From: Myxococcota bacterium
GTDB lineage: Bacteria > Myxococcota_A > UBA796 > GCA-2862545
NCBI GenBank assembly: GCA_039208735.1
Contig: JBCCQY010000047.1
Coordinates: 1-60,984, forward strand
DNA: 60,984 nt
Direction: 5' to 3'
The position numbers were made by a program, and so were the translations under genes. Positions 55,511 to 60,984 of the stretch are shown in pieces. The notes under the pieces were generated by a model. That model was not told the DNA's origin, made no database searches, and saw nothing but the letters and a program-made list of their open reading frames with translations. The first letter of the stretch is position 1, and each line of letters begins with the position of its first letter.

Positions 55511-56550
55511 TTGTCAAACTGGACAATCGACAACACGGGCCGTGATGCCTCTCCACTGAAGTAGAGCACGTAGCTCCCATCATCGATGTCGCGCCAGTCG
55601 GCCACCCAATACGTCACCCCCGTCGTGGGCCGACGAAACGTACCGTACCGAAGCACCCCATTCCCTTGGAGGGGGGTGACGCCTTTTTCAGCACGATGGG
55701 TGAGGTGGACGCTCCACAGGTACGAAAACGCAGCGTAGACGCGTTCCCGGTTGCCGCTGGATAGCGGGCCCGACAGCTCCATCACGACGAGCAAGTCCGA
55801 AACCCCCCGCAAGGTCCCGATCTCGACCATCCCTTCCGCATCCGTCCAGTCGAGGGGTACCTGACCAGCCGCAGCACGCTCATCAGGCTCCGAAAGCCCA
55901 TCCTCGAACGCGGGTGGGTCCAGCGCGAGCAACCACGCCGCCAGGCGAACCTGGCGAGGGAAGGTGTCCCAACCGAGCAGCTCCCCCTCAAGCAAGGTTG
56001 CGCCTTCGAGCGTCGCCCCCGACGGGTCCAACACCTCGAGGGCTTGCTGGTTACCGTCGTTCGACACATACACCGCCCATAGATCGCGGCCCGCGAGCCT
56101 TCCTCGATGCAAGCTGACACTGGCAATGTCAGCTCGTTCCGCCCGATAGTAGTAGTCGAAGGCCTCTCGAACCGGCGTGGGCACCCGACGACGTCCCGGC
56201 TGCCCCGACCGCGCATCCACGCGTTTTCCCTCGGGTAGGCTCTCTTCCGAAAATCTCCGATTCACGAAGTCGAACGATTCAAACCACGCACGGATCGTGT
56301 TGGCCTGTGTGCCAAATGCCGTCGTGAGTTCCTGCGCCGCGCGCTCCACCAAATCATCGGCGCGCAGACGACTCCCTGGCCCAGCTTCGCGACGTAGTTG
56401 CTCGGCCATCGCGTCGAGGGCTGCCGGTAGACCTCGCTGTTCCTTGCGCGACACCCATCGGTTGCCGCTCGCCGCCCGGGCAACCTCACGACGGATGAGG
56501 GTGTGCAACAACACCTCAGCGTCGGAACGATTCAAGGAAGTACGGGACAT
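55507..56550 (-). CDS. Hypothetical protein
   Basis: 347-aa ORF with RBS GAGGAGG; no family recognised. Confidence 0.7.
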   Translation of the reverse strand: MSRTSLNRSDAEVLLHTLIRREVARAASGNRWVSRKEQRGLPAALDAMAEQLRREAGPGSRLRADDLVERAAQELTTAFGTQANTIRAWFESFDFVNRRFSEESLPEGKRVDARSGQPGRRRVPTPVREAFDYYYRAERADIASVSLHRGRLAGRDLWAVYVSNDGNQQALEVLDPSGATLEGATLLEGELLGWDTFPRQVRLAAWLLALDPPAFEDGLSEPDERAAAGQVPLDWTDAEGMVEIGTLRGVSDLLVVMELSGPLSSGNRERVYAAFSYLWSVHLTHRAEKGVTPLQGNGVLRYGTFRRPTTGVTYWVADWRDIDDGSYVLYFSGEASRPVLSIVQFDN

Positions 56551-56775
56551 TGGCCCTCCTCGGCCACTCTACCGCGCGCAAGGGCTCTGTACGCCGGCCT
56601 GGCGTCCCATTGTGCAGGGTCGAAACCTCACCGAAACGCTTGCGACTCCGTCCTTCGGGCGCAGTTTAATCCTTGCAAATCTCCCGCCAAACCCGGATGT
56701 AACCCTAACCTTCGTGAAACAACCGCAATAGAGGCGTCCTCCAACATTCCACAGATTGTGGAAGAGGAGGCTTTC

Positions 56776-57966
56776 ATGCGCTGGTGGCTTGGTGCGCTGT
56801 CGGCACTCATGGCAATGGGTTGCGGTTCAAGCACGTCGCCGGCCGACACGGGGACGACCGAAGCGTTCGAGGCTTGCGCAGAGGTGCAAGAAACGGCGAG
56901 CCGTGTGCCCGTCAACCTTCTGCTCACCATCGATCGCTCGGGCTCGATGAACGATGGGGATCCCGTTTCAAAGTGGGATGCCATGACGAGTGCGCTCGGC
57001 GCGTTCATCGAATCCCCCGAAGCCGAAGATCTGCGAGTTGGCCTGCGATGGTGGCCCGATGCGGATGGTTGCAACAACATGGAGTGCAATACGGACGCTT
57101 GCGGAATGCCGCAGGTCGACGTGGGCTCCCTTGCTGATGTCGAGCAACGCACGGCCTTGCTCGATGAAGTGGCGGGCACAAGTCCCGCAGACGAAGGCGG
57201 CACCCCCATGTCGGCGGCGCTCACGGGAGCCCGCGACTGGGCCCAGGACGTCCAAGGGGCGGTTCCCGACGAGCAGGTCGCGATCGCCCTGCTGACCGAC
57301 GGCATCCCCAACGGCTGCGACGAGACGGTGGATGGCATCGCCTCGATTGCCGAGGCGGCGTTCACCGACGGTGCGCCCACCTACGTGATGGGCATCGAAG
57401 GGTCCCGGGAAGCCGACGTGAACCAGATCGCACTGTCCGGCGGCACCGCCCAAGCGTTCTTGGTGGGCAGCGGCAACGCCGAGGCCGAGCTGTTGGAAGC
57501 GCTCGTCGCGATTCAGGGCCAGGCGTTGTCGTGCAGCTACGACTTCCCCAAAGGTGCCGAACTCGACCCCGCCCAAATCCGCATCGAACTCGACGTCGAC
57601 GGCATGATGATGCGCCTCACCCGGGTGGCCGATGAGGCGTCGTGCACCGAGGACGGCTTCTTCCTGTCCAAGGACGGCGCACGCATCACCTTGTGTGAAG
57701 CAACCTGCACCTCCCTTCGCGAGACCCTCGACGCCGAGATCGACATCGCCATCGGATGTGTCTGTGAGACCGATGACGACTGCCCCGATGACGAAACCTG
57801 CGAAGACAACGTCTGTGAGCCGCCCCCCACCGTCGACGACGCCGATCCCACGGCGGGACGCCGCGTCCAAGGAGGCGCCACCACGTGCGCCACGTCTCCA
57901 TCCGGAGCCCCTTGGGCGTTGGCCGTTGGACTGCTCGCGGTGCTTCGCCGGAGGCAGAACCGATGA
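56776..57966 (+). CDS. VWA-domain surface protein with lipobox, Cys-rich region and MYXO-CTERM-like tail
   Basis: RBS GAGGAGG; MAMGC; MIDAS DRSGS...GGTP...LLTDG; GGATTCATSPSGAPWALAVGLLAVLRRR. Confidence 0.85.
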   Translation: MRWWLGALSALMAMGCGSSTSPADTGTTEAFEACAEVQETASRVPVNLLLTIDRSGSMNDGDPVSKWDAMTSALGAFIESPEAEDLRVGLRWWPDADGCNNMECNTDACGMPQVDVGSLADVEQRTALLDEVAGTSPADEGGTPMSAALTGARDWAQDVQGAVPDEQVAIALLTDGIPNGCDETVDGIASIAEAAFTDGAPTYVMGIEGSREADVNQIALSGGTAQAFLVGSGNAEAELLEALVAIQGQALSCSYDFPKGAELDPAQIRIELDVDGMMMRLTRVADEASCTEDGFFLSKDGARITLCEATCTSLRETLDAEIDIAIGCVCETDDDCPDDETCEDNVCEPPPTVDDADPTAGRRVQGGATTCATSPSGAPWALAVGLLAVLRRRQNR

Positions 57967-59543
57967 TGCACCGCCTCCTGCTTGGCCTCGTCCTGATCGT
58001 GGCCCAATGGCTCACCGCCCCTGCGCTGGCCCAAGAGCCTCGCCAACCGATCGACATCGAACGGTTCAAGCCCGCCGCCACCCACGATGCCTTCGTCATC
58101 ACCGAGGGCTCGTCGGTGCGCAGCTACCTCCGCGACGATCCGCTGTACCTGGCCATCGACGGACAGATCGCGGCCAATCCCCTGGTCGTGTTTGAACCGG
58201 GAGGCGATGGCGTGGTGCGGCGCATCGTGGAACGCCGCTTCGGATTCGACTTCATCGCCGCTTATCGCCTGGCCGACCGATTCGAACTCGGCCTGGCCTT
58301 GCCCATCTTCGCGGGACAGGCGGGCGATGGCGACCCCATTCCCTCGGGACTGGGCGACCTGCGACTCGTGCCCAAGGTACGCCTGGTGGGGGGCGACCGC
58401 GGTGGACTGGCCATCTTGGGTGAAGTTCGACTTCCCACCCACACCGACAATCAGTTTTCGGGCGGAGACCGCAGCGCCATCTTTGCCCCGAAGCTCGCCC
58501 TCGACGGCCGCTTTGCCCGGGCGTTCCGCGTGGGCGGCAACCTTGGGATGTTGTTCCGCCAACCCACCCAATTCCGCAATGTGCGTTCGGCGAGTGAGCT
58601 GACCTACAGTGCAGGTGGCACCTATACCTTTGGTGGCCACGAAGGGGACGTCGATCTGGGCGTCGACGTGCACGGTGGCGTCGGACTCGCCGCGTTGCAG
58701 ATCGAGGAAGCCCCCCTCGAAGGACAACTCTTTGCCCGCTGGCGCATCCGCGACGATCTGGCAATCCAGGGTGGCCCAGCCACGGGACTCGTGCCCGGCT
58801 TTGGAACCCCCAACTTCCGGTTCTTCGTGGGGCTGACCTGGTCGCGGCAAGCCGACCCCACGACCACCGCCGACGCCGAGTGCTACGAATGCCCGCCCTG
58901 CCCCACCCTCGGCCCCGAGGGAGGCTTGGTGCGGGCCATCGTTATCGATGAGAACGACGAGCCTATCCGTCGGTCGTCGGCGCGCGTCGACGAGACGCCC
59001 GCCGCAAACACAGGGCTTGGCATTCATGAGGTTCGCGTCACCCCGGGGCGGCACACCCTTTGGGTACGGGCCCGCGGGTACGTGCCGCAGAAGATCGATC
59101 TTCGTGTGCCCCCGGGAGGCGAGGTCGAAAAGACCGTGGTGCTCGAACCGATCGAGTTCGTCGCAGATGGCGACCGCCTCGAGTACAACGGCATCGTCTA
59201 CTTCGCGTTCGACAGCGCCCGACTTCTCCGAGAGAGCTACGACCTGCTCGATGCATTGGCTCAGGTGCTGAACGCCTACCCATCGATCAAGCGCCTCTCG
59301 GTGCAAGGGCACGCCGACGCACGGGGCAGCGAGGACTACAACCAAGACCTGTCCGAGCGACGCGCGGCATCCGTCGTCAACTACCTTGTGGAACAGGGGA
59401 TCGAAGAGGACCGGCTCGAATCGGTCGGGTACGGCGAGCAACGCCCCGTTTCCGATCGGCATCGCGAGAACCGGCGGGTTGAGTTCGTAATTCTACGAGG
59501 CCGGGTGCCGGGCGCCAAGGTCCTCAACCGCGACGATCGCTGA
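57963..59543 (+). CDS. Outer-membrane beta-barrel + PEGA-like + OmpA peptidoglycan-binding protein (TraB-like architecture)
   Basis: ATGA overlap; signal peptide; ERFKPA, GLGDLRL.PK, G.GTPNFRFFVG; VYFAFDS...GHAD.RG...YNQDLSERRA...GYGE...NRRVEF. Confidence 0.85.
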   Translation: MMHRLLLGLVLIVAQWLTAPALAQEPRQPIDIERFKPAATHDAFVITEGSSVRSYLRDDPLYLAIDGQIAANPLVVFEPGGDGVVRRIVERRFGFDFIAAYRLADRFELGLALPIFAGQAGDGDPIPSGLGDLRLVPKVRLVGGDRGGLAILGEVRLPTHTDNQFSGGDRSAIFAPKLALDGRFARAFRVGGNLGMLFRQPTQFRNVRSASELTYSAGGTYTFGGHEGDVDLGVDVHGGVGLAALQIEEAPLEGQLFARWRIRDDLAIQGGPATGLVPGFGTPNFRFFVGLTWSRQADPTTTADAECYECPPCPTLGPEGGLVRAIVIDENDEPIRRSSARVDETPAANTGLGIHEVRVTPGRHTLWVRARGYVPQKIDLRVPPGGEVEKTVVLEPIEFVADGDRLEYNGIVYFAFDSARLLRESYDLLDALAQVLNAYPSIKRLSVQGHADARGSEDYNQDLSERRAASVVNYLVEQGIEEDRLESVGYGEQRPVSDRHRENRRVEFVILRGRVPGAKVLNRDDR

Positions 59544-59546
59544 CGC

Positions 59547-60029
59547 TTACCACACTTGGTCGACCCGCAGCCGGCGAATCCCTCGGGGGGAATCGACCTC
59601 GATTCCATCGCCGGCTTCGGCCTCATCGAGCGCTTCGCCGAGGGGTGAGGCGAGAGACGACAGCAAGACCGTTTGGCCGTCGACCTCTACGCTTGGCCCG
59701 CCCGTGGGCCCGACCAGCACCCACTGGGGCGGCCTCCCAGGCTCCGTAAGACCAACCAGGGCTCCGACCCCAACCTCGGCATGACGCGCCTGTGGGTCGA
59801 GCCCCTCGAGCCAAGCCGCCAGTGTTCGTAGACTTTCGAGTCGACGCCCCTGGCCTGCCGCCAAATAGGACGCCTCGGTCGCCCGGGTATCGTATTTGTT
59901 TTCGGCCCTGGATTCTTCGGCCGTGGCCTCGGCTCTTGCGTCCGCGGTCATCTGTGCGGCCGACCGCAAACGGTCTGCGATGGTCTTGCGCAACGCCTCA
60001 ACGACGTCACGCTTCGAGAGTGCCGTCAT
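59547..60029 (-). CDS. GreA/GreB-family protein (atypical subfamily)
   Basis: ESRAENKYDTRATEASYLAAGQ; SLASPLGEAL...GD. Confidence 0.85.
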   Translation of the reverse strand: MTALSKRDVVEALRKTIADRLRSAAQMTADARAEATAEESRAENKYDTRATEASYLAAGQGRRLESLRTLAAWLEGLDPQARHAEVGVGALVGLTEPGRPPQWVLVGPTGGPSVEVDGQTVLLSSLASPLGEALDEAEAGDGIEVDSPRGIRRLRVDQVW

Positions 60030-60033
60030 CGCA

Positions 60034-60534
60034 TCAGGGCATCAGCAAGGTTCGCAACGCCTCGCGATTGGCCTCAATCCCAAGGTCGTGCGTCGTGACA
60101 TTGACCACACCCTTGATCGCTCCTGCCTCATCGAGGACCACCACGTCGCGGTAGGCGATGGACCAGATGTTCCAGACATCTGCGGTCTCGGTGTTTTGCA
60201 GCCACGGCAGGTCGAGGCCGTCCGTGATGACGTCGTTCGCAGACTCGAACCCCACGTCATTCACCCCGAGGATGATGGCGTCACTCCTCTCGTCTTGCAG
60301 CTCGCCGAGGTAGCCAAACTGGCTACGGCAGTAGCCTCACGTCGAGTGGCCGAAGTACCACGCGCTGACGCGGCCTCGCTGATCGGACACCGAGACCGCC
60401 TGACCGGCCGTGGGTGAGGTCGCGTTTTCATCGACGAGGCTGAAGTCAGCCAACGCCTCACCTTGCCTGGTGAAATCTACGATGTCGTCGTCCACGGCGC
60501 AGCCGAGGAGCGCGACCGCCATCATGCCTCGCAT
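60034..60534 (-). CDS. Predicted selenoprotein: thioredoxin-fold (AhpC/TSA-like) lipoprotein with UxxC
   Basis: ORFs 60337-60576 and 60034-60264 are in frame; reads FSLVDEN...WYFGHST-(TGA)-GYCRSQF...ILGVN...LPWLQ...VWNIW...DVVVLD. Confidence 0.85.
60304..60336 (-). promoter_or_regulatory. Candidate bacterial SECIS element
   Basis: GTAGCCA-GTT-TGGCTAC stem-loop with loop G 18 nt after the UGA, flanked by GCC/GGC pairing. Confidence 0.65.
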
Positions 60535-60565
60535 GGGCCCTCCGAAGCTGGAGGATAGCCCACTC

Positions 60566-60984
60566 TCAGCCCGCATGGGCTTCGAGCCAGGTCACCACGG
60601 CGTCAGCATGGTGCGGCCCGATGATCTCGTCGGCGGCCGACTTCACCGCAGGGTCGGCATTCGCCACCGCCACTGCGTGGTCCGCAACTTCGAACATCGG
60701 GAGATCGTTGGTTTGGTCTCCAAATACAACCAAACGGTCGCATTCCGGCACGAACCGCGACCGCACCACACCGATGCCATGGCCCTTTGTGGCGGCCGCC
60801 GCGTGGATGGTGAGCCACTGAAACTCGCGGAAGTAGTAGTCGTCGTTGAGGTGGAGCGACAACACCGCTCCATGGCGCTCCTGCACCTGGGCGGTCAACG
60901 GTCCAAGTTTGGCCGCCGCATCGATGGCCACGACGCCGGTGACCTGGTCGGCGTGCAGCGCAGCCCGTACCTCATCGGGCTCCA
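60566..60984 (-). CDS. HAD-superfamily (Cof-like) hydrolase, C-terminal part (5'-truncated)
   Basis: ATKGHG...VFGDQTNDLPMF...AVAVANA. Confidence 0.88.
   Translation of the reverse strand, partial: EPDEVRAALHADQVTGVVAIDAAAKLGPLTAQVQERHGAVLSLHLNDDYYFREFQWLTIHAAAATKGHGIGVVRSRFVPECDRLVVFGDQTNDLPMFEVADHAVAVANADPAVKSAADEIIGPHHADAVVTWLEAHAG

Overview
A GC-rich chromosomal window, almost certainly from a myxobacterium (Myxococcota). The assignment rests on three Ser/Thr kinases, many Cys-rich lipoproteins, a DUF1552/DUF1592 pair and a MYXO-CTERM-like sorting signal. It holds about 50 genes for signalling, surface proteins, redox metabolism and nucleic-acid handling. I saw no rRNA, tRNA, CRISPR array, transposase or integrase. 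Strongest sequence-level observations: (1) a lipoprotein selenoprotein split by the ORF caller at an in-frame UGA (UxxC) with a SECIS-like hairpin; (2) a 63-bp double-hairpin element present in two copies, one inserted in frame in a Sak4-like ATPase; (3) a subtilase carrying four tandem G[TS]GLLTSPLG motifs, divergent from a Ser/Thr kinase-ATPase-TPR-GAF-histidine kinase fusion; (4) mirror-image ECF promoters (GGTCACA-N16-CTCCAAAC); (5) a coupled histidine kinase pair with complementary defects; (6) a TraAB/CglB-like VWA plus OmpA-barrel operon; (7) a TIR-EAD-like protein; (8) a PqqU-like receptor directly after a PQQ quinohemoprotein. All family assignments come from recognising motifs by eye, not from database searches.
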